Assembly (NCBI GenBank): GCA_001643675.2
Contig: LSRY02000045.1
Location: 746,775 to 810,774 of the forward strand
DNA from: Monocercomonoides exilis PA203
Lineage: Eukaryota; Protista; Preaxostyla
Length of the DNA: 64,000 nucleotides
Direction: 5' to 3'
How positions within the stretch are numbered: the stretch's first letter is position 1; each line of letters begins with the position of its first letter. The notes beneath the pieces were generated by a model that did not search any database, was not told where the DNA came from, and saw nothing but the letters and a program-made list of their open reading frames with translations. Below, one piece after another: positions 51,001 through 59,597 of the stretch. Both the position numbers and the translations under genes were made by a program.

Positions 51001-53320
51001 TCATCTTCAGCTGCCTCAGCGCCACTTCAAACACAGATGCTGATTTAACACTCCCTCCTGGTGTCGAAGAGTCGATCACCACATCCTCCAGCGAAAGAGC
51101 CCCGCTCCCCAGTGACACCACAAACACACTCGGCGATGGACTTCTCATCGAGTTGTGGTCGATCCCCACATGCCCCACCTCCAGTTGGCCAGAAGATATG
51201 CTAAACAGCGTTGTTGCAGGCGAAGAAAGTGCACTTGTCCCAATCACACTCACTGTCTTCCCTCTCCCAACAACAGAAATCGTCTTTTCCCCAACACTGA
51301 TCGTCGCCCCTTCACTCACGTGCTTCCCACCCATCAACATGATTGTCGAGCTCATCCCCAAAGCACATGTCCATAACGCATGCCCCACTGTCTTGCAAGG
51401 TGCTGCCTCACTCATCCCACACAGATTGCTCGCGTCACTTCCACTCACCACAACATACCGTTCCTTCATCCCTTCCTTCAGCCATCCCTTCTTTTCTGTA
51501 TGTTGATTCACCCAATTGTTTCCGTTATAATATTGGAGGCACACTCTCGTATCATTACTATTCGTTGTATAAGATTCGTAGAACGGGTTGTTCGATGAGA
51601 AGAAATTGTATCGATCTTCCAAATACACATCGAGGCCATATGGAGTAGAAGTGGTTGTGCATCTGCAATCGTGGAAGAAGAAGAAATAACAATAATGATT
51701 GTAACTTGGAGCTGTTGATTGATATGGCCTGAAATCCAATCCTCCGCCATATGACACTGCTGAGCACGAAATAAACTGGAGGCTCCTCATTTTGAATGCA
51801 GCTGGAACACCGTAGCAATACATCCCTCCACCACTTGAATGTGTAAGAGAGCACGTAGTGAATGAACACTCAAACACACAAGCACTCTCACCTTTTCCAC
51901 TTTCTGCTCCAATACATGAAGATCCAGAAACATTAAAAGAATTAAGAAAAAGTCCTCCTCCATCATTTTTTCCGTTGCAGCTCTTAAATTCGCACCCATT
52001 GACCCTGACACACGAAGTAATCGAATTTGCATACAATCCTCCGCCACCATAAGTTTGAGAAATACAAGCATTGAACGAATTGTTCTCAATCTTGATGGAA
52101 TTTATTGAAACGCAAAAAATTCCTCCACCAGCATAATATGCAGTGCAGTCGTTAAACAAACAAAATTTCACTGAAAGCGTTCCAGATCTTAGATTATACA
52201 TGTAAATTGCTCCACCATTTGAAGTTCCATCTGAATAAGATCCACTTGTTCCAGTAGTTTTTGAGCCATTCCATACACACCAAGTGAATGAATTCGCCCC
52301 ATTGTCTGCAATCTGCTGTCTCCCTGGTTTCGATGGATTCCCCTCACTCCCGCTGACTGCAACATTCTGAGACCGATAGCACCTGACAAACGAGGCGTTC
52401 GAGGCAGACAATGACGATGAGGGGCTGTTGAGTGAGGAGACAATTCCCCCATCATAAACATCCCACACTGATGAAAATGTGCATCCACTCATCAGAAATG
52501 ATGTTTGGCTCTGCCCTTCACCCAGTTGTCTTGTTTTCTGTGGATTTGTGGAGATGTTGAAGAAGGTCAAATAAGAGAGGGATACAAAATGTGATGAGAG
52601 GAATGGAGCTGAAGATACACAAAAAGATGAGAAATGAGAAGAACAAACAGAAATGTGGCATTTCTCTGAAATCTCTCCTTCCACTGTTTTTGAAGAGAAA
52701 AGTGGAGGAAATATCTGTTCAGTCGAGGTTGAAGTTGAAGTTGAAGACGATCTGAGGGAAATGTTGGTGAACAATCCACAGCTCCCACACAAATCAAAGG
52801 GGGGTCTCACTCTCTCAACTCCAATCACACATCCACTCACCTCAACAGAACTTCCATCCGATGCCCTGAGCACACTCTCCCCACCCATTTCCCTCAATCC
52901 CAACAAATTCAGTTGAATTGATGAATTGACCCCAACAACACTTCCCTCAACCCCACTCCCACCACACACACTCCCCTTTCCCCACATTTTCCACTCATCA
53001 CAAAAACCCCATTTTTCAACTTTCCCAATCTCTCCACTTCTCCCATTCCACCGTTTTGTGCATTTCTTCATTGTTATCGCCTCTTTCCAGGTTTCTCTCG
53101 CTCCACCTTCTTTTCCTTCAACATATGTGTCAAACAAATGGCCATCTCCAATTTTGTTGTTTTGAGCCTTCTCTCTCCATGTGCCTTCTGGATAATCCAA
53201 TTCTCCTTCTTTCGCTGATTCCTCAACAAATCCTGCTCCATCACTTGTGGAACCCTTGCACACACACCCCACACTAATTATCCACACACAATATAATATT
53301 CCTGACAGTCCAAATATCAT
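42077..53320 (-). CDS. Giant (~3750 aa) intronless single-pass receptor-like protein: signal peptide, N-terminal beta-helix-like domain, 7 CG..C modules, TM, pseudokinase
   Basis: Uninterrupted ORF. The first ATG (53320) gives the signal-like MIFGLSGILYCVWIISVGCVC. Seven GxD/ExxxCGxxxxP/RC module starts; many GGG(I/L/M)Y and FxxC/N motifs; TM LLIVIVLVVILLIVLIVSIVLAV-RWRK; LRWKAPE and VFSMGMMLWEILT. The C-terminal ~2000 aa are collinear with the 2-6043 gene. Confidence 0.88.
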   Translation of the reverse strand: MIFGLSGILYCVWIISVGCVCKGSTSDGAGFVEESAKEGELDYPEGTWREKAQNNKIGDGHLFDTYVEGKEGGARETWKEAITMKKCTKRWNGRSGEIGKVEKWGFCDEWKMWGKGSVCGGSGVEGSVVGVNSSIQLNLLGLREMGGESVLRASDGSSVEVSGCVIGVERVRPPFDLCGSCGLFTNISLRSSSTSTSTSTEQIFPPLFSSKTVEGEISEKCHISVCSSHFSSFCVSSAPFLSSHFVSLSYLTFFNISTNPQKTRQLGEGQSQTSFLMSGCTFSSVWDVYDGGIVSSLNSPSSSLSASNASFVRCYRSQNVAVSGSEGNPSKPGRQQIADNGANSFTWCVWNGSKTTGTSGSYSDGTSNGGAIYMYNLRSGTLSVKFCLFNDCTAYYAGGGIFCVSINSIKIENNSFNACISQTYGGGGLYANSITSCVRVNGCEFKSCNGKNDGGGLFLNSFNVSGSSCIGAESGKGESACVFECSFTTCSLTHSSGGGMYCYGVPAAFKMRSLQFISCSAVSYGGGLDFRPYQSTAPSYNHYCYFFFFHDCRCTTTSTPYGLDVYLEDRYNFFSSNNPFYESYTTNSNDTRVCLQYYNGNNWVNQHTEKKGWLKEGMKERYVVVSGSDASNLCGMSEAAPCKTVGHALWTCALGMSSTIMLMGGKHVSEGATISVGEKTISVVGRGKTVSVIGTSALSSPATTLFSISSGQLEVGHVGIDHNSMRSPSPSVFVVSLGSGALSLEDVVIDSSTPGGSVKSASVFEVALRQLKMIDVEIKNMKMSRSLFAEPSSAGLASGESVLANVTIRNVNRTTGDGVVMAKSVMAGETFFVWNTTIEGCECVNGNGGGIKVELASSTSQVRIGDSTSHSGGITSFKQCKCSGCGGGVMLWLADNSFDFAISAVSFVGCSATLGGKDVFVNGSRLVSGTITTAKLNVGHNASIYDELMGYDRNEGEMGIFPLNVFFDTFSGAAHVGKAVNGYGGYDSWFCGFGYFPCKTISHAVETRFATGNKIIVLDSGFELGEVVSMAGSYEWEVYCGVNKTNVNVRVPSGMTSSCLINVESKSSIKNIGFQIPFSLSSATSLIVLTSSSLTLTDCSVAHISESTSSVAFGYSIVNAHGGSLKMERFVIGGALVFGAHSAIEFCEGMTSVICSGCNISGVKRNEGDGGWMKGTVGTSGTLTVDGCNVNGCSCVGGKGGGIYVGLKGNGNVVVSGTSVIDGNKAENNGGRGGRGGGMFVLMESEGCGLTIGQNVKFSKDHGNVAEYGKDVFVDCGSGVFLESKVNTSSFSFFDTSTIPSDVLKLSGSENGNESEVIPLFVYLCTMGSKVLVDGSGGNGMDHNHCGFEAFRCLTVDYCANSRMSSTVNEIEVVSSSSIAKEITGPSFGVSISGRIVSSDGERMEVNVSDGGSATQDWLVGCSSSLTMRRLSFVVKGQLKARRSAFIHSTSTLNMTNCSVSFESGALTDGKIGYSIIDMAGGNLIVDGFVMESGGTLTMNGKSPITMTNGVQLEILNSRVSGVEVNVEVAGGNGGGGCLNVGMGVNGNVKIEESNFSSRCSGGSGMKGGGMMISVGSGGTLRAKGVNLSECVVPSEDVENGGRGMGGGMFAEVANQMGTFSLESMTFSGCNAWKGKNLFVEAQDLSAVINSTSIGFNPEIGINVADLNELCGIESGKPELIVPLVVFLRTFSSPAYVSGRGQGSEFRLCGYEDYPCRRIGEASEYRYPNSKRMIRLTSTFSFDEEVKLDEESYEIDSSNKDVGLKVGGTGTKTQEALVMNSVSSTLTGILFELGESIWEHTSFVHSSGGTLRFADCGIKMGNGVDAVNYEFASASGGNVEIIRMSCGGSERKVKFGMKAFIVINGNGGASIEDSLLESVETTNMKGLIEYSSSSSSLTIGNVTAQECVMGGKGLIWDENGKKLGMRNCTIMKMSSLEGNGGVVSGEVGNGCAIEVNDVVIEGCGTLKGCGGGIAVILKGTGEMRLGKSGVVTSFEKCSAGGEGSIGGYGGGVNLDLSDNCVNNFVLTTLTFKDNVAAEGRDLFISCKKLNETVTKERFGFEYKYENGKGEGEWMAVDMKGIDRDHFAESVDLRLFLVEMKGREVCVSREGYDTLGCGSDGYPCESMWSGISHIDRSETEGERKVKVKDEGTIEDVYSFTDALVIDGCVNEGDETKHKPIQFNERIKGNSASSSSSVISSTVSLSLLSLKLQIPSQFEPNLNSLISSSGVLQLESCLFEILSSTAIQYSLISTISGSCTLKGCSLTECSFSISPLVMASSVLFENSNFSNIRNTGSGEEGGVAKVTLKNEEELVMKSTNASSCSLSSGNGKGGFLYLDCQNCLNEKPFLLENVSFSNNNAAIGKNVFILGKDFNSSVINESFKFDYSSMKDDNNLFVGSDDFHSSKDLFMFLIPFSSFEIFISSSGFDVARCGSEEEPCFTMWKGMKNMRDEDENKTIQIEGSTFIRDSFNVSNYQIKKSVKIGEEDTKAILNFEKSIGSQPEYFMENDIHLELTNIQLRLTSGFDNSAKTIISSRAGELVITGCSFHSEAGVNNGFDCVFVDVIGGSVEVNDLSIESCNVGNSIFVIHDAGITCHFVNIRVESLNESRGCILSIKKSEQGFKINEECVNIEINNSSFSGVKRSDNGPNILESKSEKRICLAVNSSNITEDKAEMSEKGGAIFFTLGVSGSMKMIDSTISQCSCTNGKGGGVYLATKERGFLDFTFTGMKFSSNTARVGNDIFIECFNIPSQINESQFQFDLRENHYSRINAIYGIDSCEHKEDTDLIEFVTIHQSDTIVVSSVNGSNDRQCGTNALPCDSIEHGLMHLTSEYVSLLYVDTESVIGREINLEEMSLSSKSRENCKVEVKSRIEKTKDSLISTRETVSLVRVNFVFDSNFISSHESLISPEGGILEIINCSFDSKQSAGEGSIELANIPFLIIKMEKGELQLMECKISNLILHESSLSLLSSLASVIDSLTICNSTISKSLIDVYEYGQLTIKDFKTENITVEGNEESLICCLSMKKTMQLTNCTMGRVSSNKTKGKLIKLGNCLDVKMDSCIFDGSSNERNEQYLNTEEEMCRWEGSLVDVAKSSVMMKDSTISNSPEGGITINGGALIVNDGRFENNNPSIEGYPSLRRNIICSDSGTLNVVCLKGGDGWERNTSLWMLNDGCSFEGIASERDSSFFIPVLESVEAKEETDRMKLIFKGMLLIPCNLSFSVVKKKGEEKEIEKHDFDRNGLLSEREAEGNVEKDLVSSCGDDIEVSVLILFGVNDYPSSTNSFILKNASEAKTNGDERIAEGGKEGKSYWLLIVIVLVVILLIVLIVSIVLAVRWRKEKEEAKKYKEIVDDNIKKDPKAFEMVTMEMSPEAQWRREEKKNEENAKKRVYEKKMVHSESEEYLLAESGSTEYILGKDSDKIPEWALEIEEEEEIRKRTPSPSISSTDTNTTFVRMDDLCPTTSSISNLVDAIACSSPHEKLIVDLRDSLFMLLHGRNKTKEMAIGTLKEREQTAAEVLLLVANLALHSFDEMEVPLSSLENLSPHIVLFSEHMVICIALHSDCSSDDDSDSSSISSSTDVTSASDDDDDSDSLPSSAFKDEPDNWNDCLRWKAPELQMKRKIGATKESVVFSMGMMLWEILTVEIPFGEYPAEVAGQKIVNGERPEMEKVAGSSFGGVVKGCVVCAPGDRCGLGELRRELAAGCGPGAMMVTASDALCLVDGSVIRRDKSGDEIVPSSYLKGEERGMA

Positions 53321-54992
53321 GCCTCTCCAACTGCTTTCTTTTCTTTTTTCTATCACAGACTAATATGGGCACTTCAACGAAAAAAAAATAACATTCAATT
53401 TTTGATGAATATCATATTTTCATATAGAAATAAATATTCTCCTTTGCTGTTTTTCAACATTTATTTATGATCCGATGAATAATAGAGAATGATTCATCCA
53501 TTTTTGTTGATGTTCCGATATTTCAGCCGTCGCTCTCCGTCCAGCGATATCTGCCTCTGGGATGGAACAACACATGATTTAGAGCATATAATTACGTTGG
53601 CTGTATTTTCATGAGAAAAGGCAATTGGGAAAGAAATGAATGATGTGAAGATTGGTTTCACAGATAAACAGAAGAGATGTGAGCGGTGGAAGTTTTGCTA
53701 TTCTGCGCCACATGAAAATGTATGTCTTTTGGTGAATTATTTGTGATATTTTTATTTGAAGAGATTTTCGATGTTTTGAAAGAAATGATTGTTTTTGCCT
53801 CGATTGGCTGAAAAGGACACTTTTTACAAAAGGGATGGGATGCATGGAACAAGGTTATTCGAGCATTTGAGTTGGGTTTTTGATGTGTTTTTCTCACAGA
53901 TAGAGATGGAATTTCAGTTCAAGGGAAAAAGGATAAAATGTGAAATGAGCGAAAATGGATATTTTTTGTTGAGGCAAAGAGGTTGCATTAAGAGATAATA
54001 TTTGTTATTGGTATGCAACAGACTTTGTTTTATTGACTTTTTTCATGAAAAATGAAATTTTTTATTTTTATTTTTTCATATTTTTGGGTTTTGAAAGTTA
54101 TTTGAGAAATGCCTGACGGATTTCAGTTTTCTGGGAGAATTTCTTTTGGGGCAAGAGATTGATATGGAAAATGAAGAAGAAAAATCAGGTTGAAGTCTGT
54201 TTTTTGATTGAAAAGGGATTGAAAAGGAAAAGAACAAACTGCAATAATGATTGTGAAAGCAAAGAATGGAAGAAGATTCCATTGAAACAATTCTTTCGAA
54301 CTTTTCTGGATCATCGTTCATCAGCATCGTTTTGGAAGAGGAAATGGATTTCTATTTGCTCATCAACTTATTCAAAGATGCGAGAAAGTTGTGAAAGTTA
54401 AGGAAAAGAAGGAGTCTTTGAGAAGTTGAAGATATTTTCAATGCAAAAGCAAAGCAGGTTGCAATTGACAAGCGGACAAAAAGAATAAGTGATTTATTCT
54501 CGCAACAAATTGCCATTCCCTTCTATTTCGGTTTGTTTGCTTTTGCTTCGTCGGATGGAGCTGTTATCACAACCTTTCTTTTCAATGTGTCTTTTGAATG
54601 AGTCTTGCCTGTTTTGGGAATCATCCTCACAACTTCATTGCAAGCACTTTTCTTTTGCTATGTCAACGTTTTTTTTGTTTGCACTTGCTTCGTGTTCATT
54701 TCACACACCTGCACTTTTGTATTAAAATTATTTCACATTTTTGAGCAAAAAAATATTTTTTGAATATTTTTTTTTATCTTCATGATATTTTCTCCAAAAA
54801 TCTCACGAATACAAGTGAGTATAACAAAAATGATAATATTACTGTCACATAAATAACATATGCAATAAGATAGCAACAGTGCTGGGGCATTTGAAGAGTT
54901 GTCAAAACGATTGATTGTTCCAACATTTTTTTGTTCGCTTTCTTGTTTGCTGTTTTCGCTCTGTTTCTGAGCTTTATGTGTTTTGTGTGCAC

Positions 54993-57900
54993 ATGGACTA
55001 CGGAAAGAAGTTGACACCTACTGCACTGCCATCGCAGATAAAGCGCGCCGGGTCGCCGTTTGGGGGCGGAAGCACGCAATTGCGCTCGACGCCGTTCCAG
55101 CCTTCGAGCACAGCGAAGCGCGCTTCTGGGGCTGCGGGCGGGCAGACGAAGTTGCTGGATCGATCGTTGACCCCCATCCGGAGAGAGGATGCGATTGACT
55201 CAAGTGTGTGCTTTGGGTATTTGTTGTTTTGTTTTTGACGAGTTGGCTGTCTTCTGCGGGCGTGGGTGTTTTTGTGCTGCGCCAGCTGTTGCGGGACTGG
55301 CCTTTGAGGAGCCACGCGGGATGGAGGAAGACAGGGCTGGCGATTTGTGTGGCAGTTCCTTTGAACGATGAAAAAAAATGTGATTGAATTTTGTTTGGTG
55401 TATTTTTTTCAGGAACCCGCCGTCGCAGATTGACGACAGCGACTACTTCATGAGCCGGGCGAGGCTGCTGGCATCGAGGAAAATAACGTTTGGGGCGATG
55501 GAGCGACGGGGGAGCTATTTTATGCCGATGGAGGGGAATATGTGGAGAGAGTCGCGGGGGCCGCTGGTGACGTACACGAGGGAAGGGGTGCGGCGGCTGG
55601 GGGAGCGGTTTGAAGAGCTGATGGAGGCGAAGGAGATGGACCGGCTGGGGGCGGGGGAGCAGATTATGCACAACCAGATGTGCATTGATGTGACGCTTGG
55701 AGATGTGGGAGAGATGCTGGGGCTGCGGTGCAGCGAGGAAGGAGAGCTGCTGCACCGGATCCGGGTGGAGTATGCGCGTGTGTATGGGGCGCTGTGGAAG
55801 GAGCAAGAGGCGGGGGCAGCGCGGGAAGAGCGGCTGCGGGAAGAGCTGAGGAACAAGGAGGAAGACCTGGAGAGGACGAAGGCGAATGCAGCGCAGATGC
55901 TGAGCGAGACGTGCGTGAAGTACGAGGCGCAGGTGGCGGAGCTGGCGGGGGAGAAGGAGGGGCTGGGGCGGCAGATCCGGGAGCTGAAGGAGCAGCACGA
56001 GGAGGCGAAGCAGGAGATGGAGAAGCGGTACTCGGAGTTCAACATGCTGCTGCAGAAGATCCGGGACGACGAGCGGATCTCGAAGCGGACGAGCGGGCTG
56101 GCGGAGCAGCTGCAGGAGAAGGACAAGATCATCCGGATGCGGGAGAGGAAGATCCTGGAGCTGAGCGAGAAGTACAATGCAGAGGTGAAGGAGCTGCAGG
56201 AGCAGCTGGTGGCGATGAAGGAGAAGGCAGCGCTGATTGATGTGGGGATTGAGAAGGAGAAGAAGCGGCGGACGCAGCAGGGCGGGGTGGTGAGCGAGGA
56301 CGGCGAGGGAGCAGGGGCAGGGGCAGGTTCTGGAGCAGGGGCAGGGGTGCCGCTTGCCACGCCTTCTTCGTTGTCGTCTGCAGGGGGTGGGGTGATTCCG
56401 TCTTCGGCGTCGTTGATCCTGCCGTCGGGGCTGTGCGAAAAGTGCCAGGAGAAGTTTGCAGCGAGCATCGGGGATGGCAGCGCTGTGGTGGTTGGGCCAG
56501 ACCCGAGCGGGAAGGGGGTTGTTGTGAAAGTGGGGAGCGGGGTGAGTGTTGTGGGCGAAGCAAACAGCGGCGGGGGGAGGAGGAGGTGGAGGAGGAGGTG
56601 GTGGCGGAAGCGAGGGAACGAGATCATTGATCAGCGAGAGATCAGAGAAGAACAGTGCTGGGGCCAATGGTGGTGGTGGAGGAGGTGGTGAAGGAGGAGT
56701 GGATGCGAGTGTGAGGCAGAAGATGAACAAGATGGAGAAGGAAACGAAGATGCTTATGGCGCTGTCGAAAGTGCAGGAGCAGACGATAAGCGAGCAGAAG
56801 GCGCTGTTCAAGGAGGTGATTGAGAAGCAGCAGACGGCGCTTGCGCAAAAGAAGCAGGAGCAGAAGAAAATGAAGGCGTCGTATGAAGAGAAGGTGGAGC
56901 GGCTGGTTGTTCAGGTTCGGGAGCTGGAGGAGCAGGTGCTGCGGGGGGAGATTGGCGGGGGCAGGGAAGGCGGGGCAGAGGAGAAAGGGGGGAGAGGGAG
57001 GGATGGGGCGGGGAGGAGGAGGAGGAGGAGGAGCAGGAGCGGAGGGGGAGAATACGAGGAGGCAGGGGAGGGGGAAAAGGCAGAAGAAAGAGATGCGAGT
57101 GCGGTGTATGGGATTCCGCTGTCGCCGCACGAGGATGCGAAGAGAGAGCGGGAGGACTGGATGCCAGCTGGGGCAGAGGCAGGGGCAGGGAAGGCGACTG
57201 TTGTGCAGCGGCTGTACATGCTTCTTGAGCAGACGACAGACAGCCGAGACCGGGAAGAGTCGGAGTGGCCAGTGACTTCGCGTGGTGGAACGGGGGCAGG
57301 GCAGCCAGGGGCAGGCGGGGTGCCTTTGCCGGCGGGGCAGACAGCGATGGAGCGGCTGATGAGCGCAGTGTCAGGGTCGCTGGGGCAGGTGGCGTACGAA
57401 ACGGCGCATGTGCTTCGGATGCCGCCCACGCGGCGGTCGTCTGTGCCGATGGAGCGGCTGCTGACGCCGCTGAAGACGGGGCTGCAGCCATCGCTGGTGT
57501 GGACGCTGTCGACGATCCGGGGGATATACGGAGACAAGATTGCGGCAGACGTGGGCGGGGGCAGTGCCGGGTGGGGAGGGGCGGGGGCAGGGGCTGGGGC
57601 TGGGGCAGGGAGGCAGGGGTTTGGGGACTTTGTGTACATGTGGCTGGGGGAGAAGCACACGGCGCAGAAGAAGAGCGAGGCGGCGCGGTGGGCGATGGTG
57701 TACGGGGTGGAGCTGTTCCGGAAGGACTTTGCGGAGGTGTGGCTGTTTGGGAAGTTTGTGCGGGAGGAGTTCACGGGAGACGAGCTGTCGTTCTTCCTGT
57801 ACTGCTACACGGTGCTGTTTGAAGGGGTGCTGCCGCAGCAGCCGATGGAGGAGAGCGAGAACTTCCTGATGGTGTCGTTCCGGATGTGCCGGAAGTGCAT

Positions 57901-59349
57901 CAACACGGTGCTTGAAGGGGCGTCGGAGAAGAAGATCAAGATGTTTTTGGGGAGTTTGAGGGGCTGCAGTCGGAGAAGGGGGAGGCGGACGCGTCAGTGT
58001 TTCTGGGGTTTCTGCTGAACTACTACCGGGCGGAGGCAGCGAAGCGGAAGGAGGCGATGAAGGCGCTGTATGATGCGATATGCAGTGGCGATTCATCGAC
58101 TTCATCATCATCAGCATCAACAACATCATCATCGTCATCGCCAGGGGCAGTGTGCAGAGGAATCACGTACTCGGAGCTGGAGTCTCTTCTGTGTGTGTGC
58201 TATCCGCAGACGCCGCAGGCGCTGTCGCTGCGGATCTTCCGGGATGCATACCGGCTGTCGGGCTGCTGTCTGCCGTCGTTTGCGTCTGTGCTGGAGGCGT
58301 GCCAGCGCAACGACTTCTTCACGCTGTGCCTGCGGCTGCCGGATGTGTGCGACGCAGCCGACCGGCGGGCGCCTCTGACGGCGTCTGAGAACAGCGCAGT
58401 TGTGAAGACGGTGAGCCGGCACCTGGCGCTGCTGAAGCCGGCGCTGGACGATCGGGTGCGGGTGCTTTCGGGGGTGTCGGCGGGGGCGTCTGGAGGGGTG
58501 CTGGCAGGGGCAGGGCTGAAGCGGCGGGTGGAGGCGGTGCAGTCGGCGGTGGGGAAGAAAGAAGGGCGGCGGGCGCTGTTCCGGATGGCGCGGCTGCTGG
58601 TGGAGCTGGTGCTGCTGCAGCTGGGGAGGAACGAGGTGGAAGGGGCGATCTGCTTTGGGCTGCCGCTGGGGGACGGGCAGCGTGTGGTGCAGTTCCACGA
58701 GGCGATGGCGTGGCAGAGGGAGGGCGAAGGAGGCGATGCCTTGCCTTCATCATCATCTTCTTCCTCCTCTTCTTCATCAGCACAGCACAAACAGGTTCCG
58801 AGCGAGAAAGAGATGGCGATCAACAACATGCTGCTGTCCTTTGAGTGTGCATTGGGTGTGATCGATCCTTCGATTTCGCCGCCCACATCGTCAGCAGCGT
58901 TGTCATCCTCCTCCTCGTCGTCTTCTTTTTCTTCCTCCTCTTCCTCCTCTTCCTTCTCTTCGTCTTCTTTTTCTTCTTCGTCTGCTGGTGCAATGAGCGG
59001 GCCGCTCTATCCTTCGCTTGGTCCGCCGTTCACACCGACGCTTGCCGCAGTTCTGCCTTCTTTGGGGCTGTTCAACCCGCTTCTGAGGTATTCGATTGTG
59101 TCAGCGTCGGCGATCGATCTGCGGGCGATTGGGGCGAATGCGATTGGGATGGACGGGGAGGAGGCCGAGCGAAGGGACAAGGAAAAGGAGGGGGCTGGAG
59201 ATGGGCGAGGAGAGCGGGAGGCAGGGGAGGCAGCAGGGCACAGCGCAGATGGCAAGGCAGGAGCAGACGCAGCGAGCGCATCGAGTGCATCGAGCGCATC
59301 GAGCTCGGTGCTGGCGGGCGTGAAGAAGAAAAAGAAGAAGAAGAAATGA
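54993..59349 (+). CDS. Coiled-coil protein resembling axonemal dynein-light-chain-domain/TSNAXIP1-like proteins; multi-exon, with two apparent frameshifts
   Basis: ATG at 54993, two short 5' exons, then ORFs 55384, 56546 and 57997 read as one protein if single-base indels at G-runs 56572-77 and 57949-52 are corrected. CSEEGELLHRIRVEY resembles the p28 CxERGxLLxRVRxE motif. Long coiled coil; TLSTIRGIYGDKIAAD...FGDFVYMWL...VWLFGKFVREE; EF-hand-like ITYSELESLL. The family assignment is from recalled motif resemblance only. Confidence 0.55.
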
Positions 59350-59597
59350 AGATTCTCAACAACCTGCTCACTTCGCATTTCAATAAAAAGCACTTCATTT
59401 TTTTTCATCACTTTTGCCTTATTTGTTATTTTATTTCTTTGCTGTTTTATGAGTATTTATTGTGTGTGTGGCGGAAAAAGATAAAAATAAAAAAAAATAA
59501 AAAATGAATGGAAGGATAAATCTGATGAAAAGAAAATGGGAATGGATTCTTGATTGTTTTTTGTTTTTTGCTTTTGTATTTTTGATTCCAAGATGAG

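Noticed and set aside
250-51869. Numerous antisense ORFs over the receptor genes, USP7 and the low-complexity gene
   Set aside because: Shadow ORFs caused by skewed, stop-poor codon usage; no independent motifs.
53400-54750. Coding-like purine-rich fragments between the receptor start and the gene at 54993
   Set aside because: Only short ORFs with no recognisable motif; a pseudogene call cannot be supported.
56542-56567. 26-nt GTGAGT...AAACAG mini-intron as an explanation of the first frameshift
   Set aside because: Splicing it leads into the third frame, which stops at 56630, not into the long 56546 frame.
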